Shown here: positions 17,839 to 27,274 of the stretch, one piece after another
How the letters are laid out: the number at the start of each line of letters is the position of its first letter
Position numbering within the stretch: position 1 is the stretch's first letter
Assembly: GCF_008189525.1 (NCBI RefSeq)
Contig: NZ_CP043314.1
Span: 30,001-62,000, forward strand
DNA: 32,000 nt
Direction: 5' to 3'
Source: Candidatus Saccharimonadota bacterium
GTDB taxonomy: Bacteria; Pseudomonadota; Alphaproteobacteria; CAJXXZ01; 1604HC
Translations under genes and position numbers: made by a program
Notes under the pieces: model-generated
Databases searched by the model: none
Seen by the model: the letters and a program-made list of their open reading frames with translations, nothing else
What the model was told of the DNA's origin: nothing

Positions 17839-19203
17839 TCAGAATGCTAACATACGTTGTGAAAAAAGAGTAGATCCAGAGATATAACCTATTCCAATAA
17901 TTTTATTGTTAGATTTTATTATTATATTTTTTAATGTGTAATTTGTATCATTATTGTCAATATTATTTTCAGTTATCTTCTTAAGAATGTTATCAAGAGA
18001 TTGCTTTTCAGGGCTTTCTAACTCAAGTGAAACCACTTCAGATAGATAGATTGGTATTCCATTTTTAAGGCTATTAGCATGTTCAGTAGATATTTCCAAA
18101 GTTACTAGCTTTTGCTCTATATCAAGGCTTGAGAGATCTGGATTTTGTTCAGTACATGTGTTTATTTTGGTATTTGAGCGATTAAAATCAATGTCATCTA
18201 TGTTTACGCAAAATTTTAGCATTTCTACAGAAAATAACTTTTTATCTTCAATTCTATATGGGTTAGTTTTTCGTTTAGAGCTCTTAATCCATTTTTGACC
18301 TCCATTTTTTATATTTCTAGAGTTTGTTTTTTCTTTTAAATGTTCTTTTGTATTTTCTGATGAAAAATCTTTAGTAGTTATATATTCTGATAGATCCAAA
18401 CAATCCTCATAATTGAAGAAAGAGTGATTTTCTCTGTAAATTTTAGTTACGCAACAAAGACAGCCAAGCTTAGAAGCGATTTCTGCAGCCAAGGATCTAA
18501 CATAAGTTCCTGAGCTACAAGAAACTCTAAAGCAAGCTTTAGCCTTGCACTCGCTGGTTTGAATTGTTTTGTCAGAGTTAGTGTCGGAATCTAAGCTCTG
18601 ATCGTAATCTAAAGATCTAGAGTGATCATGATTAGCGCAAGAATATTCCAACAAATCAATTGTAAAAATATTTATTTCTTTAGGTTTTAGGATTACTTCC
18701 TTCCCTTCCCTAGAAAGCTCATAAGCTCTTTTTCCATTTACTTTACATGCTGAGAATTTTTGAGGAACTTGGAAGTTTATTCCGATCAAATCTTTAAGTA
18801 CATTTTTCAGATCACTCTCGTTAGGAATTTCGTTGTTTTTATCTGTTACATTTCCTTCTAAATCCATTGTGTCAGTTGTATATCCGAAATCTACTGAAAA
18901 AAAATATGTTTTAGGTAATAAATGCATTATGTCTGATAATTTCGTTGCTTCATTGAATAGTATTGGAAGGACCCCTTCTGCCATAGGGTCTAGCGTTCCT
19001 CCATGTCCTATTTTCTTTGATTTAAATGTGCTTTTTATAATCCTTATTACATCTGAAGAAGATACTCCCTTTGGTTTGTTAACTTTCAATATGCAGTTTT
19101 GTTTAATTTCTGCTCTATCTTCTAATTTCTTCCTGCTTGTTTCATTAAGAGTTTTTTTTATGTCTAAAGACGTAGTTTTAGATCCCACATTCATTACACT
19201 CAT
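17839..19203 (-). CDS. truB: tRNA pseudouridine-55 synthase TruB, expanded to 454 aa
   Basis: KPKGVSSSDVIRIIK...KIGHGGTLDPMAEGVLPI contains the catalytic Asp motif, and SGTYVRSLA is present. Position is upstream of rpsO-pnp. It has extra N-terminal, internal and C-terminal segments. Confidence 0.88.
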   Translation of the reverse strand: MSVMNVGSKTTSLDIKKTLNETSRKKLEDRAEIKQNCILKVNKPKGVSSSDVIRIIKSTFKSKKIGHGGTLDPMAEGVLPILFNEATKLSDIMHLLPKTYFFSVDFGYTTDTMDLEGNVTDKNNEIPNESDLKNVLKDLIGINFQVPQKFSACKVNGKRAYELSREGKEVILKPKEINIFTIDLLEYSCANHDHSRSLDYDQSLDSDTNSDKTIQTSECKAKACFRVSCSSGTYVRSLAAEIASKLGCLCCVTKIYRENHSFFNYEDCLDLSEYITTKDFSSENTKEHLKEKTNSRNIKNGGQKWIKSSKRKTNPYRIEDKKLFSVEMLKFCVNIDDIDFNRSNTKINTCTEQNPDLSSLDIEQKLVTLEISTEHANSLKNGIPIYLSEVVSLELESPEKQSLDNILKKITENNIDNNDTNYTLKNIIIKSNNKIIGIGYISGSTLFSQRMLAF

Positions 19204-19216
19204 TATTATGTAAAAG

Positions 19217-19289
19217 TATGCATTTGATAAGCTTTTATTCTAAAACCTTACCTTTCTGATAAGCTTTTATTCCTGATAAGTCTTTGCAT
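19217..19289. repeat. copy 2 of the ~70-bp repeated element, with an internal 16-bp duplication, just upstream of truB
   Basis: See the alignment with 14588-14657. Internally, tgataagcttttattc occurs at 19225-19240 and 19257-19272, followed by ctgataag at 19273-19280. Confidence 0.8.
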
Positions 19290-19457
19290 ATAACTCAACA
19301 AGCTGATTTAAAGAATGATCTGAATGTTTTTGCAAATTATTTTTATGTATATTTTTTATAAGAAGCACGAATAGATGTTTATTGTTGATAAATAAGTTCT
19401 TGATTAGTAAGCTTTATTAATAATGAAAAATATGAAAATTAGAGAATGACTTAATAA

Positions 19458-20711
19458 TTAAGATTCATATTTTTTGAATATTAATGAGATGTTTGTTCCA
19501 CCGAATCCAAATGAATTGCATAACGCGTAATTAAGAGGAGCAGCAACAGATTTAGGTACAAAATTAATTCCTTCTATAGAATCCATAGCATTTTCTACAT
19601 TAATAGTTGGAGGAAGAACTTGGTTTTTTAGAGCCATCAAAGTGAAAGCTGATTCTAATGCTCCAGCAGCTCCCAAAGCATGCCCTGTTGCAGATTTTGT
19701 AGCAGAAACTGCAAAGTTTTTGCTTTTAGCATGATCTCCAAATATTCCTTTTATTGCTTCCATTTCAGACTCATCCCCTACAGGAGTTGAAGTGGCATGT
19801 ACATTAACGTAATTTATATCTTCAGGCTTTAATCCTGATCTTTCAATCGCTATAGACATAGCTCTTTTGCAATGCTCTTTCTCTGGCTTTGTAACATGAC
19901 TAGCATCTCCAGTCATTCCACAATCCAAATACTCACCATATATTTTAGCACCTCTTTTTAAGGCGTGCTCTAAAGATTCCATGATCAATACTGCAGATCC
20001 TTCAGCTATTACAAATCCATCTCTATCTTTATCGAAAGGTCTTGATGCTTTTGAAGGGTTGTCATTGAATTTTGTTGATAAAGCTGTAAGTGCTGAAAAT
20101 CCTGCAACCCCTATAGGGCAAATAGATGCTTCAGCTCCTCCACTTATCATTATATCTGCATGACCAGATCTTATCAGCATGGCTGCATTAGAAATTGAAT
20201 GAGATGCTGATGCACACGCTGAAGTTAAGCTGTAATTAGGGCCGTTTGCTTTGAATCTCATTGAAACATAACCAGCTGCAAGATTGCTTAAAACAGAAGG
20301 AATAAAAAAAGGATTTACAGACCTTATTCCTCTTGCATTGAGCTTTGTGTTTACTTCACCTATCTCAGGTAATCCACCTATTCCTGATGAAATGTTTACA
20401 CCTATTTTGGTTCTATCTTCAATTTCATCTAATTTTCCATCTTGAACTGCTTCGCTTGCAGCTCCAATTGCATAAGATATGAAAAGTCCATTTCTTCTTT
20501 GCTCTTTAGAATCCATAAACTTTGATATGTCAAATTCACCTTTTTCGGTTCCCCTAGGAACTAATCCAGCTACTCTAGAATCATAGTCATTATATTGCTC
20601 TGGTAAATTAGATATTCCTGATTTGCCTTGTAAAAGCCTATCCCAAACAAAATCTAATCCAGATCCTAAAGGAGAAACAATTCCTATCCCTGTTATTACA
20701 ACTCTTTTCAT
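19458..20711 (-). CDS. fabF: 3-oxoacyl-ACP synthase II
   Basis: MKRVVITGIGIVSPLG..., SACASASHSI (active-site Cys), HATSTPVGD, and GHALGAAGALE...NSFGFGGTN. It lies directly after acpP. Confidence 0.93.
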   Translation of the reverse strand: MKRVVITGIGIVSPLGSGLDFVWDRLLQGKSGISNLPEQYNDYDSRVAGLVPRGTEKGEFDISKFMDSKEQRRNGLFISYAIGAASEAVQDGKLDEIEDRTKIGVNISSGIGGLPEIGEVNTKLNARGIRSVNPFFIPSVLSNLAAGYVSMRFKANGPNYSLTSACASASHSISNAAMLIRSGHADIMISGGAEASICPIGVAGFSALTALSTKFNDNPSKASRPFDKDRDGFVIAEGSAVLIMESLEHALKRGAKIYGEYLDCGMTGDASHVTKPEKEHCKRAMSIAIERSGLKPEDINYVNVHATSTPVGDESEMEAIKGIFGDHAKSKNFAVSATKSATGHALGAAGALESAFTLMALKNQVLPPTINVENAMDSIEGINFVPKSVAAPLNYALCNSFGFGGTNISLIFKKYES

Positions 20712-20719
20712 GCTTGTTA

Positions 20720-20977
20720 TTAACCTGCTTTTTTAGCTTGAGATATGTAATCAAGAATTTGTTTTACATTTGTTATTTTCTGTGAAACTTCTTGTGGAAT
20801 TTCTAATCCAAAAGAGTCTTCTATAGCCATTACTAGCTCAACGCTGTCTAGACTATCCAATCCCAAATCTTTTTCTAAGTTAGAATCTTCTTTTATTTCT
20901 ATCTTTTTGTCACTTTTAACAAAGTCAGAGATGATTTCTTTTAACTTTTCAAAATTTTCGACTTTTTGCTCACTCAT
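20720..20977 (-). CDS. acpP: acyl carrier protein
   Basis: [25 protein letters not shown] contains the DSL phosphopantetheine-attachment motif. GGAGG lies 9 nt upstream of the ATG. Confidence 0.93.
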   Translation of the reverse strand: MSEQKVENFEKLKEIISDFVKSDKKIEIKEDSNLEKDLGLDSLDSVELVMAIEDSFGLEIPQEVSQKITNVKQILDYISQAKKAG

Positions 20978-21259
20978 AGAACTTAACCTCCTAAATAAGT
21001 TTCAGCTAAATTTTATTCAACGAAACTTTTAATATAGTAGTAAACAGATAATTAAGTATGAAATAATTATGATTTCTACTTAAAATTGTTTTACTAACAG
21101 AACACATAATTACCATGAATTTCTTTATAAAGCAAATTTGTGGAAAACGTAAATCGTTACAAAAGGCATTATTAAGCTCCATTAAAGGTGCTTAAATTTA
21201 ATTCTGTATAATCCGATTTGAGTATATTAACTTTCTAAACAAACCTCAAAGAATTGATT

Positions 21260-21940
21260 TTATGAATCTGATTTATTATGGTTATTTGTTTTTTTGTAGA
21301 TTTCCTTCATCTTTTCGTACGCCTCATCTTTTGGAATTTCTGTATCAAGTTCTTTGTTCCAAAATTTACATGTTTCAGGAGATATTTCATCTATCAAAAC
21401 CAAGTTTTCTTCATTTTTACCGAATTTCAAAGTTATTTCTGAAATGTAAAGTTTCCATGAAAGAAAGTAAGAAGAAATAACATCATTTACTCTCAAAGAT
21501 ATATTCTTGATTTGTTCTGCCTCTTCTTTTGTTGTTACTTCGAAGTGTACAATATGCTCTTGTGATATTAAGTTTTTGCTACTGTCTTGTGTTAAATACC
21601 ACTCAACCAAAGGTTTGTCGAACTTTGTACCTTCTGGAACTCCAATCAGTTTATTTATTTCTGGAGAAGATATATTAGTCACTTTCAAAGAAAATGGATA
21701 AGGATGAGTAGATTTTACTAACTGCTCTCTTATATTTAATTTTTGTATGTAGTGAGTTTTGATTCCAAAATTATCTAGTATTTCCCAAGAAAATCCAGAT
21801 AAATAATTTCTCCATACATCATTTTTTTCTTCTTCAGGAAAGTGCATGATAATATAGTTATTATTATTAGTTGCATAAAGCAGTTTTTTTTCCTCAGAGC
21901 TTATAAGACGTCTCTCACCAAAAGCGTAATTTCTAAACAT
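21260..21940 (-). CDS. PurC (SAICAR synthetase)-like protein, apparently degenerate
   Basis: It is collinear with PurC as I recall it: GIKTHY, PLVEWYL and LIDEISPETCKFW correspond to GIKTHF, PLVEFF and LGDEISPD..R in PurC. Nucleotide and substrate motifs look altered: EEKK in place of GK[TA]K, and KVT in place of VVR. Confidence 0.55.
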   Translation of the reverse strand: MFRNYAFGERRLISSEEKKLLYATNNNNYIIMHFPEEEKNDVWRNYLSGFSWEILDNFGIKTHYIQKLNIREQLVKSTHPYPFSLKVTNISSPEINKLIGVPEGTKFDKPLVEWYLTQDSSKNLISQEHIVHFEVTTKEEAEQIKNISLRVNDVISSYFLSWKLYISEITLKFGKNEENLVLIDEISPETCKFWNKELDTEIPKDEAYEKMKEIYKKTNNHNKSDS

Positions 21941-22172
21941 TTACTTTAGAAATAATGTCAGTGTTTTTTATTTCTTGCAATATATTTTATGTAATATTTT
22001 GAATACTTTTTTATAATTTTCATTTAAATTTAAAGAAATTTTATTTAATCCGCTGTTTTGTGTGAGAATTCTTGAAAGTTAGAGAAGATATATAAAAGAA
22101 ATACTTTAACATGGAATTAAGAATTCAGTATTTTATTATTTGGAATTATTTACGATACAGCAAAATTCATTC

Positions 22173-22244
22173 AATCAATCTAAACTTAGTAATCAATCTA
22201 AACTTAGTAATCAATCAAAACTTAGTAATCAATCAAAACTTAAT
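22173..22244. repeat. 18-bp tandem repeat, 4 copies (aatcaatc[t/a]aaactta[g/a]t)
   Basis: Read directly: copies at 22173-22190, 22191-22208, 22209-22226 and 22227-22244. It lies between the prmC stop and the purC-like start. Confidence 0.9.
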
Positions 22245-22257
22245 AAAAATAGGTTCT

Positions 22258-23091
22258 TTAGTAATTTAAATATTCTAAAATCACTATTTCTCTATGAGAT
22301 GTATTGTGCCATTTATAATTTTTCTTGAATTTTTCTTCCATTAATTGTTTTTGATAAGTTGGAACTTCGCAAAGGAGTATTCCATTTTCAGATAATGGTA
22401 AGTTGTTTAGCATTTGTATTCCATCCTGATCAAAAAGAGCTTTGGTTGGATCAAATTTAGTAGCATAATCTACGCAATAATTTTCTGGTTCTTTTGGATT
22501 ATCTAAATTTGCAGGATTTGGATTGTGTATATAAGGAGGATTACAAACTATGATATCAAACTGATCTTTATTTTCTTCAATTTCGCTTGTATGCATAAAT
22601 GTGCAGTTGTTTACCTTAAGAGATTTCGCATTCTGTTTTGCAGTCAATAGAGCATATTTGCTTATATCTACCCCTGCTCCACTTATTAAAGGGTTTGCAA
22701 GTAATATACTTAAAATTATACATCCAGTTCCAGTTCCCAAATCTAAAATGTTTTTGGATTTATTTTTCTTAGATAAAGATATAGCTAATTCTACTATTTT
22801 CTCTGTTTCTGGTCTTGGATCTAAGGTATATGGGCTTACATGGAAGTCATGGTTCCAGAATCCTCTTGTCTTCGTAATTCTGCTAAGTGGGACTCCATAT
22901 TTTACGTAATTTATTGCTTTTTTACATTTTTCTAGATTTATTTCGCCTAAAACTTCATCCAATTCTCTATGTTTGTTAAGCCATATTTCAGTTCTGCTTA
23001 GATTTGTTATTGCAGATATGTAGGCAATAGATTCATTTTGATCTAACAAATATTTAGAATATTCTTGTATTAAGTGAGACAGTTTTGCCAT
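22258..23091 (-). CDS. prmC: release-factor glutamine N5-methyltransferase (PrmC/HemK)
   Basis: ILDLGTGTGCI (SAM-binding motif), IVCNPPYI (NPPY catalytic motif) and a typical HemK N-terminal domain. Confidence 0.88.
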   Translation of the reverse strand: MAKLSHLIQEYSKYLLDQNESIAYISAITNLSRTEIWLNKHRELDEVLGEINLEKCKKAINYVKYGVPLSRITKTRGFWNHDFHVSPYTLDPRPETEKIVELAISLSKKNKSKNILDLGTGTGCIILSILLANPLISGAGVDISKYALLTAKQNAKSLKVNNCTFMHTSEIEENKDQFDIIVCNPPYIHNPNPANLDNPKEPENYCVDYATKFDPTKALFDQDGIQMLNNLPLSENGILLCEVPTYQKQLMEEKFKKNYKWHNTSHREIVILEYLNY

Positions 23092-23311
23092 ATTTATAAG
23101 ATTTCCCTAACCCAAGTGATGATATAGATTTTTTTCTTAATATGTAATTCTTGCTCAAATAAATGCTGACTAATTTCAGTTTTATAATTCAGTTTTAGTT
23201 GAGTTAATCATATATTAATCTTAGTTAATATTGGTATCTAACTGGGTTTATAATTTATTTAGACAAGTCTCTAATTTGTCTTTTATTGGTTTTTGTAATA
23301 TTATGTAGCAC

Positions 23312-24580
23312 ATGAATTCTAACAAAGAAGCCGGGATGGGCATTATAGGTGCTACATCTATTTCGGTTGGTACGATGGTTAGTAGCGGTATACTTATTAT
23401 ATCTTCGTCCATTGCTATTTATGGAGGATGGGGTCTATTAGGCTGGATATCTTCAGCTTTTTGCGCAGTTTTACTTGGTTACAGTTTTTCTCAAATGAGT
23501 AGATCAGAGGATGGTAAAAAGGGAATACCTGTTTACGTATCCAAAGCATTTAAATCTTGTGGATCTTATTTAGGTTTCCAAACATCTTGGGATCATTGGT
23601 CTGGGTTATGCATGGGTTGTTCTGCTGTTTCTATAGCATTTGCTACACATTTTGTAGAATTATTCCCTTTTCATGTTTCTAAAGCAGGACAAGCTTTTCT
23701 TGCTATCTCTTTACTTTGGTTGCTTATACTTGGAAACTGTAGAAGCTCTGTATTTTCTGTTGGTATGATCACAGCCATAGCAATTCTAAAGGTAATAATT
23801 TTTTCTAGCATATTTTTATTCAGCATACCCAATATTTCTTTAGATAAAATAATGATTCCTTCAACTGTGAATGTATCTTCTTTGCAGTCCGTTTTTAAAT
23901 CTATGCCTTTGGCTTTATTTGCTTTCCTAGGGCTTGAATCAGCGACTTCTTCTTATGAATCTGTTAAGAATCCAGAAAGAACAGTTCCATTAGCTACTAT
24001 TCTTGGTGTAATTATAGCTGCATCTTTGTTTATAGGTATGCATATTGCTGTAATGGTTACACTTCCACAAGATTTACAAATTTCTTCAGCAAAACCTGTT
24101 TATGACACAGCGTCTATTCTTATGGGTAAGTTTGGTAGTTTTATAGTATTGTTTATAGCTGTATTAGGACTTTTAGGTGGTGTGAATGGACTTGTATTTA
24201 TATCTTCATACATTATGTTTTCTTCAGCATCTTCTGGATGGGTTTCTGCAAGAATAAACAGTGTTAATAAAAATAATTTTCCTGTTCCAAGCTCTTTATT
24301 AACAGGTGCTTTGGTTACTGCTACAGTGCTTTCATATTATTATGGATTGCTTTCTATGCACGTGTTGATTAATTTAACTTCTTTTATGTTGATTAAAGTT
24401 TATATAGCAGGTGTTCTAGCTCATTATATTCACTCTAGAGGGCTGTCATTGTTTTTGATTAATATGTTTTCTTGCGTAATATTGCTTCTTGGGTGCTCCT
24501 TAGAAGCTGTTTTGTATGGAAGTTTAATTTCTGCTTTGGGTTTAATATTTTACTTATTCAGACCTTCTGAAAAAATCTAA
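23312..24580 (+). CDS. APC-superfamily amino acid/polyamine antiporter (AdiC/PotE/ArcD-like)
   Basis: About 12 TM helices. GIIGATSISVGTMVSSGILI...GWGLLGWISSAF and LFAFLGLESATSSYESVKNPERTVPLATILGVIIAA align with the AdiC motif [31 protein letters not shown], recalled from memory. Confidence 0.8.
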   Translation: MNSNKEAGMGIIGATSISVGTMVSSGILIISSSIAIYGGWGLLGWISSAFCAVLLGYSFSQMSRSEDGKKGIPVYVSKAFKSCGSYLGFQTSWDHWSGLCMGCSAVSIAFATHFVELFPFHVSKAGQAFLAISLLWLLILGNCRSSVFSVGMITAIAILKVIIFSSIFLFSIPNISLDKIMIPSTVNVSSLQSVFKSMPLALFAFLGLESATSSYESVKNPERTVPLATILGVIIAASLFIGMHIAVMVTLPQDLQISSAKPVYDTASILMGKFGSFIVLFIAVLGLLGGVNGLVFISSYIMFSSASSGWVSARINSVNKNNFPVPSSLLTGALVTATVLSYYYGLLSMHVLINLTSFMLIKVYIAGVLAHYIHSRGLSLFLINMFSCVILLLGCSLEAVLYGSLISALGLIFYLFRPSEKI

Positions 24581-24855
24581 ATTACTTCCTTAAGTGATTA
24601 CCCTTTATACATCTAACTAAAAGTTAGTAATGAAATTTATTTTAAATATATAGATATATCTTTTAGAGTCTTTAATCTTATTTGGATTTATGGAAATTCG
24701 AAGCTGAAAAGTTTTATATATTAAACAAGTAGGTTTATATTATGAGTAATTTCTTTGAGCATAAAATCAATACTAGTAAATATAAATCATAAAACCATAC
24801 AAAGATTCATAAATAGTTTTTTTTCAAGTATATAGTTTTTACAAATATTTTCTAT

Positions 24856-26238
24856 TTAAACAGACAAATCGTAGAATTTTGTAAAAGATTCCTCGAATCC
24901 CATTTGTATATTTCTAATAGGACCATGTCTTTGTTTAGCAACTATTATATCTGCTAAATTATATATTTTATCCATTCTTGCTTGCCAAGCTTCAAGTTTC
25001 TCAGATCCTTCAGCAGGTTTCTTTCTGGATTCATAATATGCTTCTCTGTAAACAAACATTACTACATCAGCATCTTGTTCAATTGTTCCAGATTCTCTTA
25101 AATCTGATAACTGAGGCCTTTTATCCTCTCTTTGCTCTACTGCTCTTGAAAGCTGTGATAAGGCTATTATAGGGACATCTAAATCTTTTGCTAAAGCTTT
25201 CAATGATCTTGTTATTGTAGAAAGTTCTTGGACTCTATTTTCATGATTTCCTCCAGAGCTCATTAATTGCAAATAATCTATAATTATAAGATTTATGCTT
25301 TCTTGTCTTTTTAGTCGCCTTGCTCTAGTTCTCAATCCAGCTATAGAAAGAGCAGGAGTATCATCTATAAACAGAGATAAGTTTGAGATTTTCTTAGAAA
25401 TAGTAGAAAGTTTACTTATATCTTTATCGCTTACTGCTCCTCTTCTTATCTTGTCTGAAGGTATCATGGATTCATGCCCAAGTATTCTTAGAGCCAGCTG
25501 CTCTGAAGACATTTCTAATGAAAAGAATAAAACTTTGTTTCCAAGCTGTGCAGATTGAAATGCGATATTTGTAACAAATGCAGTTTTACCCATAGATGGT
25601 CTTGCAGCAAGTATTAATAAGTCAGATTTATGTAATCCACCTAAGTACCTATCTATAGATTTAAACCCACTAGGAACTCCCACTAAGTGATCTGATCTTT
25701 TGAAAGCTAGCTCTGCATTTTTCATAGCTAAACCTACAGCATCACTGAACCTATTTTCTTTTGTAATGCTGGTTGAAGCAAGTTTAAATAGTCCAGATTC
25801 TGCATTCTCTATTTGACTCAAAGCTCCGTTGTTTATATCCATTTTATAGGCCTGTGAAACCATGGATTCTCCAACTAATATAATTTTTCTTCTTAAGTAT
25901 CTATCATATATTTGCTGAGCATAATCTTTTGTATAGTCCAATGAAACGATATAAGAAGATAATGTATCTAAGTATTCTTTTCCACCATACTCTTTTATAA
26001 GTTCATCATCTACAAAAAATGGCCATAAAGTAATACTGTTTGCTAGTTGCCCTTTATTAATACAAAAAAGAAAAGCTTCGAAGATTTTCCTATGTAAAGG
26101 TTCAAAAAAATGTTCAGGCTTAAGAAAATCAGATATATTATCAAAAAGAAGATTATCATGTAATAATGCAGCTAACAAAGATCTTTCTGCCTCTACTGCA
26201 TTAGGCATGGATTCAGGCCTTTTTATTTCTTGATTCAC
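24856..26238 (-). CDS. dnaB: replicative DNA helicase DnaB
   Basis: N-terminal EAERSLLAALL, Walker A ARPSMGKTAF, IIIDYLQLM, ALSQLSR, and RESGTIEQDADVVMFVYR. GTG start at 26238; the ATG 10 codons downstream is an alternative. Confidence 0.93.
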   Translation of the reverse strand: MNQEIKRPESMPNAVEAERSLLAALLHDNLLFDNISDFLKPEHFFEPLHRKIFEAFLFCINKGQLANSITLWPFFVDDELIKEYGGKEYLDTLSSYIVSLDYTKDYAQQIYDRYLRRKIILVGESMVSQAYKMDINNGALSQIENAESGLFKLASTSITKENRFSDAVGLAMKNAELAFKRSDHLVGVPSGFKSIDRYLGGLHKSDLLILAARPSMGKTAFVTNIAFQSAQLGNKVLFFSLEMSSEQLALRILGHESMIPSDKIRRGAVSDKDISKLSTISKKISNLSLFIDDTPALSIAGLRTRARRLKRQESINLIIIDYLQLMSSGGNHENRVQELSTITRSLKALAKDLDVPIIALSQLSRAVEQREDKRPQLSDLRESGTIEQDADVVMFVYREAYYESRKKPAEGSEKLEAWQARMDKIYNLADIIVAKQRHGPIRNIQMGFEESFTKFYDLSV

Positions 26239-26556
26239 TTTTATTCCAAACTTTCCTAGAAAATTATATTACGAAACTTTAAAAACATAAACAGGAAAGT
26301 ATTCTTGGGATGTTATTAGGGCTCTAAAAAGTCATACTAATAATAATTAAATATTATTTACACTAGTTATAATTTATCTAAAATTCGTTAGGGTATATGC
26401 ATTTATTAAAGTTTATAAATTTAACACATATAATTAACGCATAATTAAATATGCTGAATATGGAATTTTGAATTTTAAGTTCTAAAAACTGATTCATGCT
26501 CTTAAAAAAAATTCCAAGAGTTCTGGTTCTTAAAACTTACTTATGTATGTAAGAGT

Positions 26557-27027
26557 TTAGGAATTTTCTTCTTCAGGGAATACGTTTAATGTAACAGTCG
26601 CCTGTATTTCTCCGTATATATAAATTGTTACAGGAAAATCCCCTATAGATTTAGCATTTTTCACTACTATATCTTCTTTTCTGATTTCATTTATAGAATT
26701 TTTCTTCAAGATTTCTTCTATGTCTCTATTTGTAATAGCTCCATAAAGCTTATATCCATCAGAAGTCTTTCTGATTAAGCTGAACTTAATTTTTTCTACT
26801 CTACTCTTTAGAAGTAGAGCTTCTTTTCTCATGGCTTCATTTGCTTTTTCAAGCTCAGCCTTGCGAATTTCCATTTCTTTTATACTTTGTTCTGTGGCTC
26901 TAACAGCTGATCCTGAAGGAATAAGGTGATTTAATGCATAACCTCTTTTTACAGGCTTAAGTGCACCTGAATTTCCTAATTTTCTTATATCTTTTGTTAG
27001 AATAACATTGATTACTTTAGATGTCAT
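26557..27027 (-). CDS. rplI: 50S ribosomal protein L9
   Basis: VILTKDIRKLGNSGALKPVKRGYALNHLIPSGSAVRAT is the L9 N-terminal signature. Length is 156 aa. It is not adjacent to rpsF or rpsR. Confidence 0.9.
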   Translation of the reverse strand: MTSKVINVILTKDIRKLGNSGALKPVKRGYALNHLIPSGSAVRATEQSIKEMEIRKAELEKANEAMRKEALLLKSRVEKIKFSLIRKTSDGYKLYGAITNRDIEEILKKNSINEIRKEDIVVKNAKSIGDFPVTIYIYGEIQATVTLNVFPEEENS

Positions 27028-27274
27028 TTTTCTCTCTAGTCACAATTCTCCAATAAAATAGTAATAAAATCAATGGCCAGAAAAGCAAGTATACATAAAA
27101 CATAGAAAATGTAAGTAAAACCAACATGATTTAATATAAAAAATATAAAACTATTAGTCTGTCATGGAATAAATTAACTTGAGATAAGATAAAAAAGATA
27201 AAAAATAACAGTTATAAGTTAAAATAAATTATGAGTTAATTGATTATAGAAAAGTGTTGTAATAGAATATTCTT

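Noticed and set aside
18833-19213. 126-aa + strand ORF overlapping the truB 5' end. Similar shadow ORFs occur at 296-529, 3359-3562, 4037-4473, 5452-5658, 6124-6327, 6558-6860, 10561-10752, 11701-11952, 12257-12451, 13457-13684, 15335-15793, 16223-16819, 19981-20163, 21262-21701, 22601-22909, 24978-25558 and 28688-28894.
   Set aside because: All lie antisense within CDSs that carry strong family signatures, and none shows a motif of its own.
22173-22244. Possible CRISPR array
   Set aside because: The repeats are contiguous with no spacers, the unit is only 18 bp, and there are no cas genes in the window.
22140-22328. 62-aa ORF with SKLSNQ repeats
   Set aside because: It is just the translation of the 18-bp tandem DNA repeat, it overlaps the prmC 3' end, and it has no RBS.
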